A stretch of DNA of 64,000 nucleotides from Vicugna vicugna (taxonomy: Eukaryota). This document shows, piece after piece, positions 13,879 through 27,989 of this stretch. Each line of letters starts with the position of its first letter. Within the stretch, counting starts at the first letter, position 1. Location: the NCBI GenBank assembly GCA_013265495.1, contig MU058540.1, forward strand, positions 1,699,696 through 1,763,695. Reading direction: 5' to 3'. Below the pieces are notes generated by a model, which worked only from the letters and a program-made list of their open reading frames with translations, was not told the DNA's origin and ran no database searches. The position numbers were made by a program, and so were the translations under genes.

Positions 13879-16800
13879 GGGAAAGGGGTGTGATGCAATG
13901 CCTTCTCATATTTTCCTCCAGGTGAAAAGGGCACAGAGACTTGCCCAGTAACTCACCCAGCCCCACAGGGGATGCTGTGTGGTTTTCCACAAGAGGCCGA
14001 TGGTGGGAGCATGCTGGGGACCACGTCCATCTCTGCTGTGAGATTCAGTCCCTAGTACCCACCGAATCCTCTAATTACCCTTTCTCTGTGAGCAGCAAGC
14101 ACATGGCTGGGAATGTGGCAGCCCGAAATGAACAGCTGAGTGCTGTACATACTTCTTTAGGTCACTTTCCTTCCTAAAATGAGTGCATTATACCCCTGAG
14201 ACTGAAAACTTTTCCATGGCTGTGTTAGATGCAAGTTTGGCAAAATGGAGCAGTGAGTCCAAAAATTAAAACAATTTAAAAGACCTGCGTGGTTTCCCTT
14301 ATCACAGTTCACTAAGCTACACTTCTTTTAGTGTGGTTTTCTATACTGCATTTTATTTTCAATATAAAGGTAAAGAAAAATACCTGCCACTAATGGAAGT
14401 AAACCCACATTAATTACACACACGTTTTGTCTTCATTGTACAGATTCTCCAGACGAACCACTGCTTGGATTTCCCTTTGTTTGACCTGGGTACACAGGGG
14501 AGATAGTCAGGGATGGGATTGCTCTGGTGGGAGCACTTACTTTTGGGAGGTTGATTCTTTAAAAGTACCCTGAACAGGAGCTTATGTTAATGAAAGCAGT
14601 TTGCTCATGACAGATCAGAATCTGGCCTTTATAGCATTAAAATTTTTTTTCTTTTTTTACAATGAGAAGAAATGGGGAACAATGATTGAATCAAAGCTGC
14701 CCTCAGCCGCCTTCCCCCACTCCGCCCCATCTGAAAACAGCCCTGTTTCAATTTCACCGCTGAGCTCAGCCTGCCTGCTCCAGACATCCAGACCTCGCAC
14801 TCTATAAATCGTCTCTGCCCTTGCCCTGGAGTTGCTGACTATATGTATTTTTGGGCCCGGCATTAATTCCCTCATCCTTGGCTGGTGACATTAAGATTTG
14901 TAACTGATAGAATGTGTTTTTAATGTATTTCCTGCAGGTTGCTATTAAAGAAATCTAATTCTTCTGAACTTGTAGAAGGTTCTGCTTCCATTTAAAAAAA
15001 AAAAAAGTGGGGGTTATTACGGGAAGAATTTCCCTGCAGCCTCCAGATGGACTGGGCAGCCAGCAGGGTCTGGGGCTCCGGAATTGTGAGCTCTGCCACT
15101 CACTCTTCCTCCTCCCTCCCAGTCTGTTCTCCTCTCTGCGCCTTAGTTTTCCTGGGTATGAAGTGAGGATAAATATTTGTCTACGAGATGAGGGTGTTGT
15201 AAGGATTAATTGGTTGGTGCTTCGGCAAGCCTTTGAAGATGAAAGACGCTCTCTGCAGATGCTAAGGAAACTCATAACGTGTCTGGTTTTAATGAGCCAG
15301 GTGAAGCCAGAGGGGATGGCTGGAGATTAACTGTGCCTAGTCCAGAGCTGACCCAGCCTGGCTGGGCTGAAAACTGGGTGGAGCTCCTTGCTGGCTCCCT
15401 GCTTCCTGGCACAGGGCCTGGCACATTGGTGTCTATAAATATATGCAAAAACAACTGAATTGGGATTGAACCCAGACTCTCATGTCACAGACAGCAGGAT
15501 TCCAGACTTCCCAAAGCATGCTTATTGCCCATCATTCTAGCACATGGCTTGGGCAAATTACTTAACCTTTCCAAATCTCAGTTCCTCCTTTGCCAATGGG
15601 GACAGTCAGAGTCCCCCTCTCAAAGGGCTGTAGTGAGGATTTATCATAAAAATGGCCAACAGCAAGTGAGCCCTTGCTAAATGTCAGACAGGATTTAGGC
15701 ACTTTATACTCACGAATTCACTAAACTCTCACACCAGTCCGGGGAGGGAGGAGCTCCTGTTGTCATCCCCTAGATCCTACAAGGGACAAAACTGAGGCAT
15801 AGAGGGGTTACTTGGTAGCTTACACAAGACTTAAGTTCTGAACACTAGCTAGACCATTGCTCATGAAGTGAAATCCTGTGTGTTACACTTAGCAGAACGC
15901 TGGACTCACCATAAGTATGCAACAAACAGGTTGGGGAGTTCTCAGACTTTGCCTGATTTGCTAAGCTAGCAAAGAGATGCCCCATGGGGATGTGTTATGG
16001 GACAGGCCCCAGGAATGTAGGATCCAGGAAGGAAGGTCTCAGAGTAGACATCGACAGGGGCCCAGAGCTATGGGAAGATGCCAGGCGTATGGGCACCCAG
16101 CCAACCTGCAGGTTTCGGTAAGGTGTATGACCAAGCCTGCTCAGAGTGACCACATTTGGGACCCATGATACTTTGTCAGAAGTATTTCATACCATATCTT
16201 GTTACCTCAAAAGCAGTCTGAGCCATGAGCTTCGAACACTGAAATATGGGAACTCCTGGAACGGTGCCATGGCTTAAGGGAGACAGATCTTAGAAGGTGT
16301 AGGCTGTATTGCTGTTATTCCAGGCCATCAACAAACCAAAGAATCAGAATGAAGCAAAATAAGACTCTAGGCCAAGCAGTCTTTTGAGTCCACATGAAGA
16401 GGGGAAACCGAGGCCCATGTCAGAATGATTTCAAGCCCCTGGCATGTGACATCACAGCCCAGGCTCTGACATAGTAAGGGGACCAGCTGCGACATGGGTT
16501 AGGGAAGCCTCTGGTTGGAACAGAAATGTCTTCAGCAACTGCTGCTGGTGATGGAAAGGTGAAAATGAAATTTTCTTTAAACATGATGTTGTTTTGAAAA
16601 GCCTGACTAATGTGAAAGTCCCTATTTAAAGAGGAGTTGACTCTACATTGAAATTGGTTGGTGTTTCCACACCCACATGTTGACTAAGGCCTTGGAAAAC
16701 AAACTTCCTGGTAGATCCTGATTCAAATCACTTGGGAGCGAATGCTTCAAGGTACAATCCCTGAGCTGTGAGCAGAGGGGCCCAGCCAAGAAAAACCCTG

Positions 16801-17876
16801 TGTCTGTGTTTATGAAAAGGCAAACAGATCCCAAAGGGAGGCCCAAGTCCTAGCTGGCTTTGGGCTCAGGCCCTCCAGGAAAACACACAGATTTGAAGGA
16901 GGCCCTAGTGCAGCTTCTCTGGGACCCCTTTTTAGACATACCAAATGTGGGAAGAGGGAAAGGACGGCGTGGAACTTTCGCTCATGGAGCACCCACTCAA
17001 GGCTGTGTCCATTTGCTGCAACTTAGTATCACGTGTCCATCTTCTCAACGCAGATACAGGCATGCGTTAAGTTAAGCAGGGTGACCTAGGTCTCATTTTT
17101 GCTCCAAATAATCTCTGTTCATGCTGTTGTCCCAGCATAATTAACATCAGTGTTCCCCTCCACTATCAAAAGTGACTCTGTTTGGATAATAAATGATAGA
17201 AGGACATCCTGGCCCCAATTCACCCAGCTAGTGAGTGGCAGAGTTGGGATTCAAACCCAGGTTTGTCTCAGTTCAAAAAGCAGACCCTGGGTGAGTTACA
17301 CCTCATCTTGCTAACAAAACCATCAGGGCGTTACCTGCAAAGCACAGACAGCCCTTTGGGAGCTGCATGCCTGCTCCCCCTCCTTTTACCCAGGGCCTCC
17401 CCGAGACTGTCTGACGCTCTGTGACCAGTGGCGTCAGGCTCAGCAGACAAAACACACGCCTTCACCAACAACCCACTTTGGTGTGTTTGTTTAGTCTGCT
17501 GAGTGCATTTCTACCACCTCCTCCATGATAAAAATGCAAGAACTGACTTCAAGTTTGGGCCACCAGCCCAGCTCCCGTGTCCCCACCTCCAAGCCAGGAC
17601 CACTTCAACCCACTGCACTAACAGGACCTCCTCTCCTCAGAAGGCTGCCCTTGGGCCATCCTCGGTCTACCTTCTATTGCTGTTTCCCCAACACTTACCT
17701 CTGAGACAGAGTTTGTGTCATCCCAAGTTCACCTGTAATGTCTGTTTATAGACAGAACCACAGAACTCATCCAATTCAAGCTCATTTTTATCAATGAAAA
17801 AACAGGTCCAGAGAAGTCAAGTGACTTGCCCAAGGGCACAGAGCTCAAAGTTGAAGTCAAAAGACCAGGTCTTCTG

Positions 17877-18280
17877 GATGTAGTATATTTATACAATGGA
17901 ATACTATTCAGCCATAAAAACCGACAACATAACGCCATTTGCAGCAACATGGATGCTCCTAGAGAATGTCATTCTAAGTGAAGTAAGCCAGAAAGAGAAA
18001 GAAAAACCATATGAGATCGCTTATATGTGGAATCTAAAGAAAAAAGAACATAAATACAAAACAGAAACAGACTCATAGACATAGAATACAAACTTGTGGT
18101 TGCCAAGGGGGCAGAGAGTGGGAAGGGACAGACTGGGATTTCAGAATTTGTAGATACTGACAGGCATATGCAGAATAGAATAATAAGATTATAAAACTGA
18201 AAAATTGTGCTTTACGCTGGAATTTGACACAACATTGTAAAATGACTATAACTCAATAGAAAAAATGTTTAAAAAAAAAA
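17877..18280 (+). mobile_element. Young 5'-truncated L1 (ORF2 C-terminus, 3'UTR and polyA)
   Basis: Encodes MEYYSAIK...FAATWMLLENVILSEVSQKEK (L1 ORF2 C-terminus). PolyA at 18271-18280. TSD gtcttctg at 17869-17876 / 18281-18288. Confidence 0.92.
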
Positions 18281-21200
18281 GTCTTCTGACCCTGAGGTCA
18301 GTGTTCTTTCAAGCCCAGAACAGGCACCTCCAGTAACATCTGGAGAAACCCTTTATATGATGAGACTTGTTGGATGCCAGAGACCAAGATGTGTCTGCTT
18401 GACGCTGTCCCTCAGCCTTTGAATCTCCGGAAATCTCAGGGTTAGTAGCAGCCTTCATTCAACTGCCTATTGAATCCACTTGCCTGCCTCCCTGCAAGGT
18501 GGTTATGCATACACACCTCCAGTGTCAAAGAAATCACTACTCCCGAGGTTGCCTGCTGTCTTCAGACAACTGGCTGCTGAAAATGTGTGCCTTGCATTGA
18601 GTGGAAAATGGTTTCTGTTCACTCTTAGTTCCTCCCAATGACCCAATGCAGGGCAAGTCCGATCTCCCTTCCCCACATATCCCTAAAATAGTTGAAGACT
18701 CAACAATCACTGCTTTTTTTGATTGTTCCTCATATGTTGTTTTGGTGGCAGAGGTGGAGAGACCCAAGGTTGAAGCCCACCTCTGCCTTTTATCAGCTGT
18801 GTGACATTGGGTAAGTCACTTAACCTCTCTGAACCTTAGTTTGCTCACTGGAAATATAGGAAAGTCATGATAGTACTTACTTCATTGAGTATTGTGAGGT
18901 TCAGATGAGATAATCCACATAACTGGCTAGGTTCAGTGCCTATCACAGTAAGCACTTCTAAATGGTAACAATATTCTTGCGTTTCTTCAACTTCATACTG
19001 TGTTTCTCTAAATGCAGCACCAAGGCTTTCGGTTCTCTGGAAGCCACAGCACACAATTACCTTTTATCAGTAACTAATACCCATGTCCCTTTTCATACAT
19101 AAAGCTGCTAAAATGGTTCACCCATAAGCTGTCACCCTCATAAATTTGCTTTGTTCCCTCCCTCTAAGCAAGAGGCCTGCAGCTCCTCAGAGCTATGAAA
19201 GGCGGCCTATCCTTCTGGCTCATCAGGTCTCTCTTTTTGGATCTGAGATTTGGAGACCAGGGGAAGATGAGAACCATGTGAAAACCCACAAAGGCTCAAT
19301 CATGTGAGGTTCCAGCCTGCCCCCTCTTTCTTTTCTCCCTTTGAGGGTCCATAAAAGCCTGCCCAGATGCCCAGTGAGGTGACCCCTTCAAGCCTGACCG
19401 CTGTGTTGACGTTCCGCTGGCAATTGTCTACAGAGGCACCCTTGTGCCCCTTTTGAAGTTCAGTGGAGTGAAGTGTAATCTAAGTGAGCTGGAACATGTT
19501 CTGAGGAGGCAGCTTCCAGGGCCAGGGGCCTCCTCTCAGCAGGAGGGGAGAGCTGGCCTGAGCTTTCCCGTCTGGGTCCTCCAGCCCTTCTGCTGGCCTT
19601 TGATCACAGGACATTGGGACGTTAGCACTCAGAGGCATAGTTCACTCTGACTCTCTTGTTTTACAGATGAGGAAACTGAGGCCCAGAGAGGGGAAGTGAC
19701 TTGCCTAAGGTCACACAGCTGGTGAGTCACAGAACCAGTGCTGGGAGCCTTGTCCACTGGCCAGGCCTCCTCTGGCCATACAAAATGGTGGGTGGTCAGT
19801 GAGAACAGAGAGAGAAGCAGAGAGGACAACGCGGGTATGGAAGAGTCAGGCTCCCTCCCTGGAAACACTGGCAGGGGCGCTGGCTCTGCATGCAAGCCAG
19901 GCCCACTGAGGTGGGAGGAGTAACAGCGTAAGCCTGGTTAATACCCACAGGCTCTTCAAAGCATGCTGCCCTGTCAGGGCGGGTGTCTTGCTGACAGGCG
20001 AAGTGACCTGCCCAGGGCCACACAGGGTGGGCACTTCTGTGGGAGCATACTGCCCTGGAAATGGCTTTAAGATCACTTGGAAAATAAACAGAGTAAGACC
20101 AGAATCAGTCTCACGAGGTGGTTGTGAGGCTTAAATAAGTGCTTAGAACAGCACCTGACAGGCATTCAGTAGGGCTGGCTGCTTTCATCACTGTCACCAC
20201 CGTCACCACCACCCCCATCACTGGGATATCTGTCACTCCCATCCACCCTCAGGGCTGATTCAACCAGTGAGGCCAGGTCCCCACCCTCCCTCACCTGGCA
20301 AGAAAGGAAAGCTACTCTGGCAAAGAGTGGACTTGCCACTGGGCTTCCTGCCCAGACTTCCAAACATAGATTGGAGGCCTCTGGAGCACCCCATGAAAAC
20401 TCTGGACTGATGGGTGGCCCCCTAACAATGGGGGAGGTCTGTCAGCATGTCCTGAGGCATCCAGTCTGTCCTCTGGCTCTCCAGGTGCCCCTCGAGCTTT
20501 CAGAGCATCTGAGGAAGGGATCCTGTCTTACAGGTCCCCCTTCCTGGTCTCTGGGAAGGCTGCTTTGCAGCGGAGGGCTGGAGAAGTGCTCCCCAGCCCT
20601 AAATGCCAGCCGATACCCAGAGCAGGACATAAGGTCAGCGCAGGAAGGCATGTAGATCTGCTCTTTCTTTTCAGCCTTGGAATCTCAGTGTGCAGTTCTC
20701 TGGCAGCAGATCGCTCCCCCTAATTATGTCTTACTCAGACTGCTGTTGGAATGAGTTGGCATTCCTAGGGAGTGATGGGGTGGAAAGAGACCAGAGCCTG
20801 CTGGAGGCCTTGGGGAACCCACTCCATAGACAATCCACAAGGGCCATGTCCATGGTTCATCTCTTTGTATGTTTCCTATTTGACTTCTTCTCTGCTTCCT
20901 CTCAGAGTCTTAGCTCTTTGAGGACCAAATCCAGTGCATTTCCTCTCTATGAAACTCCTCATAGCAACTAGCAACTGATTTTCACTGTGGACACATAAAG
21001 GGATGAATAAATAGTGAGCTGTTCTCTCATTTTGCAACATCCTCACATTCCTCCCTCCCTTCCCCATACTTAAATAAGTACTGTGTTTAAGACATCATGT
21101 TGATCTATTAAAGGACAGAGACAAAGAAGACAGAGTTCACATAGACACTACACCTCATACAATGGAAGGTGCCATCATGGGTGGTACAGGTGTGGTGGGA

Positions 21201-21879
21201 GCACACGGGAGAGGGAACTGGTCTGACTGAGAAGGGTAGTCAGGGAAGGCTTCCTGGAAGAGGCGATATCTGAGTGGAGTCCTACCAAGGGCTCTGAGCC
21301 AGCAGATAAAGGGGGTAAGGGTTTGGAAGGGTGTTAGAGGCATCCCAGCCCATGGGGATGCCTGAGCAAAGAGGCAGGAAAGAGCAGACAAGCCTGGAGA
21401 CTACCCAGGGATAAGCAAAGCTGAACATGGGGTGTGAGGGGAGTAGACATGGTGCTGGGTGGAGATGGGAGCAGGGATTCATGTGACACGTTATCCTGAA
21501 GGCAGTGGCATCGTTGCTGGAGCCTTTTGTCTGTATAGTTTCTCAGTCACAGGATCAGCATGATACAGGAAGTTGTCTCAAGCCCAGAGTTGAATCCTGG
21601 TTCTGTCCCTGGCCTACTGTGTGATGCGGACGTCATTCAGCCTCTCTGAGCCTTGGCCTTCTCTTCTGGAAACATGGGGATAATAGTGTCCCTCCTGTAG
21701 AGTTAGCTAGAGATCTGACTAAATAAAATCTGTGTTCATGAAAACCCCTGGCACAGTGCCTGGAATATAGAGTGGGTTCCAGAGAGACAGGTTTAGTCAT
21801 TCATTTCTTTTTTCATGCATTCAATTTCTCCTCACTTCCTCCTCCACACTCTGCAGTCAGGAAAGGTGATAAATGTATT

Positions 21880-22520
21880 ATGTCAACCAGGATATCAACT
21901 AATAACAAAGGCCAAAATGACAGTGCCTCTCACAAGACAGAAGGTTATTTCTCACAGAGCAGTTTAAACATAAGCAACAGGGTGGATATGGCAGCTCCCA
22001 GGCTGGGCACCCAGGCTCCTTCTTTGTAGCTGCTCTGCCACATTGACCTGTTTCCAGCTCCTGACACTGTTTCCATTTTAGCCAGTAGGAAGAGGGCAAA
22101 GAAAGTAGAGAACCCACTATCCCCTTTAAGGAAAACTGACAGTTGCTCACTGACAGAACACATGGCACATGCCGCTGGCCAGAACGGCATCACACGGCCA
22201 TGCCTAGATGCAAGGGAGGCTGGGAAATGTAGTCTAGAACTCAGGAGTTCTCAATGGAGGAGATTTTGCCTCCACCCCAGGGGACACTTGGCAATGTCTA
22301 GAGAGTGGTGGTGGTGGGTAGAGGCCAGGGATGCTGCTAAATAAATGTCTTATGATGCATAGAACAGGCCCCAACAAGAAAGCATTATCCAGACCAAAAT
22401 GTTTAGTAGTGCCACGGTTGAGAAATCCTGCTCTGACCAGGCAGCCAGAACTTGAGGGTTCTATTACAAAATTAAGATACAAAGTAATGATATAGGGGAA
22501 CCACCAGCAATTTCTGTTGT
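21880..22520. mobile_element. Old MaLR LTR (MLT1J/K-like) interrupted by MER20
   Basis: MLT1-type text (cacatggcac...cctagatgcaagggaggctgggaaatgtagtc). Boundaries approximate. Confidence 0.6.
22242..22430 (+). mobile_element. MER20 (hAT-Charlie non-autonomous DNA transposon)
   Basis: cag...ttctcaa and ggttgagaaatcctg termini, with internal gggtagaggccagggatgctgctaaa. Confidence 0.85.
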
Positions 22521-24339
22521 AGTCACATACACTGAGGGTTCATGATTGAAGAGGATTAAATGATACCTTTTCCCAGGAGGATCTCTCTTCAGCAGGGATC
22601 AAAGCTTTAAGTCAATGGGCTTCGAGGACTATCAAGAATTACCCCACAAGACAGAGAGGATTTGTGGCTGGGCAGTCCTGAAATCTCACCCTCTGGGTGG
22701 CCCACCCAGAGTCATACCACCAGGGACGCTGGAACCCACAAGCCTCCCAGGGAGATGGGACCCGACAGGTGGAGTTCACAGCCTCGCCCTGAAACATTTC
22801 ATCCTCCAGAAGACTTTCCTTGAGATAATTTGGGACATTTTGAAACCCATTCCTGATTGTTTGATTGTTTCTATTTTCCAAGGAGGTGAAAACCGGGCTG
22901 AGCAAAAATCATGAGAGATAAGGGGCTTTAATTTCCAGGGAAGATACCACAGTAAAAATTTCAGGGTGTTCACCCAACAAGATTAAATTACCCATCTTAA
23001 ACCTTAGCATGAGAAACTAGCCAACAGAGAAGAGTAAGAATTTGGATACATCCGAACAAATTATCCTACTATCACCCTATTTGACTGCACTTTCTCAATG
23101 CCAGTGGTTTATTGGGTTTGTACAACATTTGAGAAACTGTCTTCAGCACTTTACAGATGTTACTTCCTTTAATGTCTCCATCAACTCCTGGAAAGGCTAC
23201 TATTATCCCCATCATACAGAGGGCCAGAGAGATTAACTTGCCCAAGGGCACACAGCTAATAAGATACAGAGAGACAAGTTTTGGCCTTGGGAATGTCTGG
23301 CCCTTAAGCTCTTGTTCTTTCCGCAACCACCTCTTTGTCTGCCTGGATGGCCAAATGGGGATCTGACCTATTGTTAAATGTCTGCATGTCCCAGGAAGGA
23401 GGTTCACCCCATCTTAGTCACTTGCTCTATTGTCTCACTCATAAACAAACCTCAGTCTGTGGATAAATGCTGCAAAGAATGGCATCATCCATTTTCTAAT
23501 TTCCAGCTGAGAAAACAGGAGCACAGAGTAGTCAAGTGGCTTGTTCAAAGCCACACAGCGAGTCAGAAAGTGTCTCAAAAGCCCTGCCTTACTGTTAGAA
23601 TGAAAAAACAAACAGCTGTGGAGCAGCAGCACCAGCTACCCTGTGGATTTTGCCAGGAAGGCTGAGCTGTTAATCTGGCGAAGAGGTCCAGGAGGGAACA
23701 GACTCCAGATTTTCATAGCTGTGGGACTCCTGGGGTTGTGCAGAGGAAACCAGCAGGGGAAGAAAGGTCATTTTTGTTGGTATGAAGGAAACAGCAATGA
23801 CTCAAAGACACACGTGCTCCAAATCCATTGAGCAGAAAAGGCCCATTTTTAGATAGATGCTCTTTTGAGCCTTAACCACACCCGATGCCACAAGCCGGCA
23901 TTTGTCAACAGGAAGCCCATCCCAGTGATGTGTATTCTGCTCCCTCATGCTGGTTGCCAGGGGGGCGACTGCTGGGGGTCGGTGGGAACCAGAAGCAAGG
24001 GGCTGGGCCACTAGACCAAAGAAGCCAAGCCCAGGGAATGACCTTCATGCCTAAGGAAGGCAGTTGTGTCCAGCAGCCAGGACCTCAGATTTTCCCAGGC
24101 CAGGTCTACCACGAAAGGGCCTGAAATAGCTCTGAGGTTCTGTGCCCACGGGGTAGGGAGGGCAGTAGCAGGGACTGCGGGCAGTGGGAAGGAGCACAGC
24201 ACTGCTTTGTTGGGGAGGCAAGGCACTCTGCCTCTACCAGGCTGTTCCACCTGCCAGTGAGATACCTGGGCAGAGATGCTGGCCACAGCTGGGCTCAGCA
24301 GAAAGAGAAAGCCATTTGTTAGGCTAAGAAAAGAGATGC

Positions 24340-25150
24340 AGTGAACCTGAAACTAATCATGAGGAAAACAATCAGACAATCCAAATGGAGGGGTGCTGCA
24401 GAATAACAACCTGGACCCCAAAAATGTTCATAAGAGCCAACAAGTGGAAACACCCCAAATGTCCATCAACAGATGAGTGGATAAACAAAATGTGGTATAG
24501 CTATACAATGGAATAGTATTCAGCCTTAAAAAGAAATGAAGTTCTGATCCATGTTATAACATGAATGAATCTTGAAAGCATTATGCTAAGTGAAACAAGC
24601 AAGACACAAAAGGCCACATATTGTATGATTCCATTTGTATGAGATGTCCAGAAGAGAGTAGTCCATAGACACACAAAACAGATTAGTGCTTGTTAAGGGG
24701 GAATAGGGAGTAACTACTAATGGGTACCGAGGGGTTTTTTGTGGGATGATTGAAATTTTTCTGGAATCAGAAAGTAGTGATAGGTGTACAACTTTGTGAA
24801 TATACTAAAAAAAAATGCCTCTGAATTGTACACTTTAAAAGGGTGAATTTTATGGTATATGAATTATATCTCACTATGGAAAGTTTTAAAACATTATAAT
24901 TAAATACAATGTGTGATCCTTGATTGGACCTATATTGAAAAAAAAAAGCTACAAAGAACATTATTGAGACAGGGACATTTGAAAATAAACATTGTACCAG
25001 ATGATAGTTTTGTATTAGTGTCAAATCTCCTGAGTTGATGAGGTGCTGAGGTTATAGAGGGAAATGTCTGGCAGAGACATGCTGAAATATTTAGGGTGAA
25101 GTGGCAGGATGTCTGAAATGTCTTCTCAAATGGTTCCACATTTACAAAAG
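24340..25150 (+). mobile_element. L1MB-like 3' end (~24435-24885) inside an older L1ME-like remnant
   Basis: ccaaatgtccatcaacagatgagtggataaacaaaatgtgg...gtgaattttatggtatatgaattatatctca. Confidence 0.8.
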
Positions 25151-25705
25151 TGACAAGGTGAAATAACTTGCCCAAAGTCATAAGAGACAAAGAAATTAGA
25201 CATCGTCTAATGTAGTGGTTAAGAGCATGGGCTCTAGAGACAGAGGGCCGGGCCGACACACAGCTGTGCCCCTTACCAGCTGTCTGACCTTGGGCAAGGT
25301 ACTTAACCTCTCTGTGCCCCGTCCTCCTCATTTTAAAAGTGGGAATGATGGTGATAATGGTGATGATGATACTGGTGACAGAAGCTACCTCCCTAGTGTT
25401 ATGTGTGTTAAAACACATGAAGGCCTTAAGATAAGTCTTAGCAAGTGCTCTGAATCTGGGAGAAAAAAAATCTGAAACCAGATCTACTCTCTAGCAGAGA
25501 CCAGACCTTCATGCTGCCTCCTCCCTAGGGAGATGGTGGAATCTTACAGGATGCTGGGATAGAGAGCACTTTCAATAAGGCAGAGTCACCAGAGGGGGGG
25601 GGGAACTGATGTATGAACAGGCCAGAGAAAGGAAAGGCAAAGCCACAAGGGGCAGGACATCAGAAATCAAGTCCAGGGGTCTTGCGGGGGGGACGGTAGT
25701 GGGAG

Positions 25706-26205
25706 TGAGGTGGGAAGCCCCATAAAAAAGACCAGCAGGATCCCCAGGCAGGGCCACTACTATCCTGTCAGCACCATCCAGTTCCCTGGCCCAGCGGCTC
25801 TATTTCACTTTTTGCCTCTGTAATGGCTTACTTCTAGGAAAGTAGAACTTACCCCTAAAATTCTATTGGTTCCCTAAGCTCACTCCTGCTTGGTTATTTC
25901 TCTCACTCTTGATTGGTCCATTTCCCTCACTCCTGATTGGTCCATTTCTACAAAGCTTGTTTCTGATTAGTCAACTTTTGTTATCCCTTATTTGCATATG
26001 ATGTTGCAAAGTGTAAACTGGCAGCTTATAAAAGCCTGTGTGGACCTACAGACGGCATCCAGAGCTTGGAGTGTTAACTCCTCTGGGCCTGTGTAGTAAA
26101 ACTGAGTTCTCCAACTCTCTGGGTGCTGCTTGGTCTCTCGCCAGGATCCAGGTTGCTGTCACAACTGAGCTGTAACACTGAGCTATAACACATTTTTCTG
26201 CAACA
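25706..26205 (+). mobile_element. ERV1-type solo LTR (500 bp)
   Basis: TG...CA termini with a perfect 4-bp TSD GGAG (25702-25705 / 26206-26209). Tandem ATTGG boxes, TATAAAA at 26027 and AGTAAA at 26095. Confidence 0.88.
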
Positions 26206-27989
26206 GGAGTGGTGAGAGTCTAGGCAGAGAGATGTCACATGAGTCAGGACTGATGATGGGGATACCCTAAATCAAAGAAGGGACAGGTTTAGCAGCTTCT
26301 AGCCCAAACTTTACAGGTTCCAGCTGAGAAAATTGAGACCAAGAGAGTGAAATCATAGGATCAGGGGCTAATAGCAGGTAGCAGCAATGCTGGGAAAATA
26401 TTGACAGGACTCTGGCCCAGTGCTCTATCCCAGGTAGGAATCCTCAGAATGTGGCCTTTGATGCTATAAAAATGAAAAACAGCTAGATGCTTAAATAATG
26501 AGCATTACTAAAATATTCTTTGAGGAATTACCATTGCTTGCATTACTTTCAATATTTTATTTCTCCCTACCACCATCCCTTGCCTCTAAATGGGAAGCTG
26601 TTATTGAAGGAAGACATCTAATATTTACTGTTTCTTAAAAGGTACCAAGCACTGTTACAAAGTCCTGTCAAGTGGGTTCTATTCCTTATCCCCATTTCGC
26701 AGATGAGGAAAGTGAAGCTTAACAATATTAAGGAATTTGAAAATGTTGTAGCTAAAGTAGCAGACACAGGATTTAAAGTCGGGTCCTGCTGGCTGCAGAC
26801 TGTGCCTTCTATGTTATACCAGTGGTTTCCAAAGTGGGTGCTTGTGCCCCAGCAGCTGTGTGGGAAATAACATTAGAATGTCTATTTTTCATCTCATTCT
26901 TTTAAAATCCCAATTTTTAAATGTAGGTTTTATCAGATACCTAATATATTAATTAACCCAGTAGTACATGTGCATTGCAGACGCAATGGAGTGGCTACCC
27001 AACAGCCATTCCATTCCCACCTCCATTTCCCCTTGTTACCTGATACTTGCCCAGACTCCTTTGTGACCAGTGAAGCCATGTGACCCAGTGCTGGCCAATG
27101 AGACATAAGGACATGTCCACCGAGGTTTCTGGAAAAGATATTTTGCTTCTTAGAAAGTGTACAGGTGCCAAAGCATGGCAGGTTGGCATTGCCCTGGCTC
27201 CCTTTTTCCTTCTGAGAAGACAGATACAATTTTAACACATGACCTTGAAGGGACAGACTTGAGAACAAAAGCCAACACAAGAAGGATAGAAGAACTTCAG
27301 AATGCCAGGGAAGGTCCAGCCCTTAGTGACATCCATGACTTGATTCAGGAAGCTGAGCCCACTCACCCTCAACCAGCCAAAGTGCTCTAATTAGCCACTA
27401 TTGCCTAGATTTTTAGCTTCTTGCAGTTTCACATGTCCAGACTAATAGGAGGGAGTCTGTGATTCCTAAGTCAACAAACAAGCGTCTAACAGGGATGTAT
27501 GCTCAGAACGTTTTACTGGTAGGGATTTATGTGACCAGCATCATAAAAACATGGACTCTACTGTTCTCTGCTGTGCTTTGGGAACAAAGGTGCTGATGAG
27601 GAATAGGCCCCAAATGATGAAATCTCTATCCCACCCTCTAGAAGGCTGGGGAGATGAAGGGCAGCTGGAAGTATGTTTGTAAACTGGCCCTCAGAAGAAT
27701 CCAATCTATGTAAACTGCTGAGAGCTTGGAATTTTCATGTGTACTCCCCATCAGCAGTTTCACCTGCCTAGAGGAACTAATAGACGAAACTCTATAATGT
27801 GAGCAATCTCTTGAACTCTCAGCAGGCTCCAGGGACCCAGAAGGATGCCTGCCTGGGATAGCTCTCCTGACCCAGGCCCAGATGTACAAATATGAGAGCT
27901 GAGAACCACGAGGAGAGAGCCCTCTGCATTCCAAGTGAGTGAGCAGGAAGGAGCACAGGAGAGACTGTGTACCACCAAAAATAAGACCC

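Noticed and set aside
25879..25948. Short direct repeats resembling a CRISPR array
   Set aside because: They are tandem units without unique spacers, inside an LTR U3 region of a mammalian genome.
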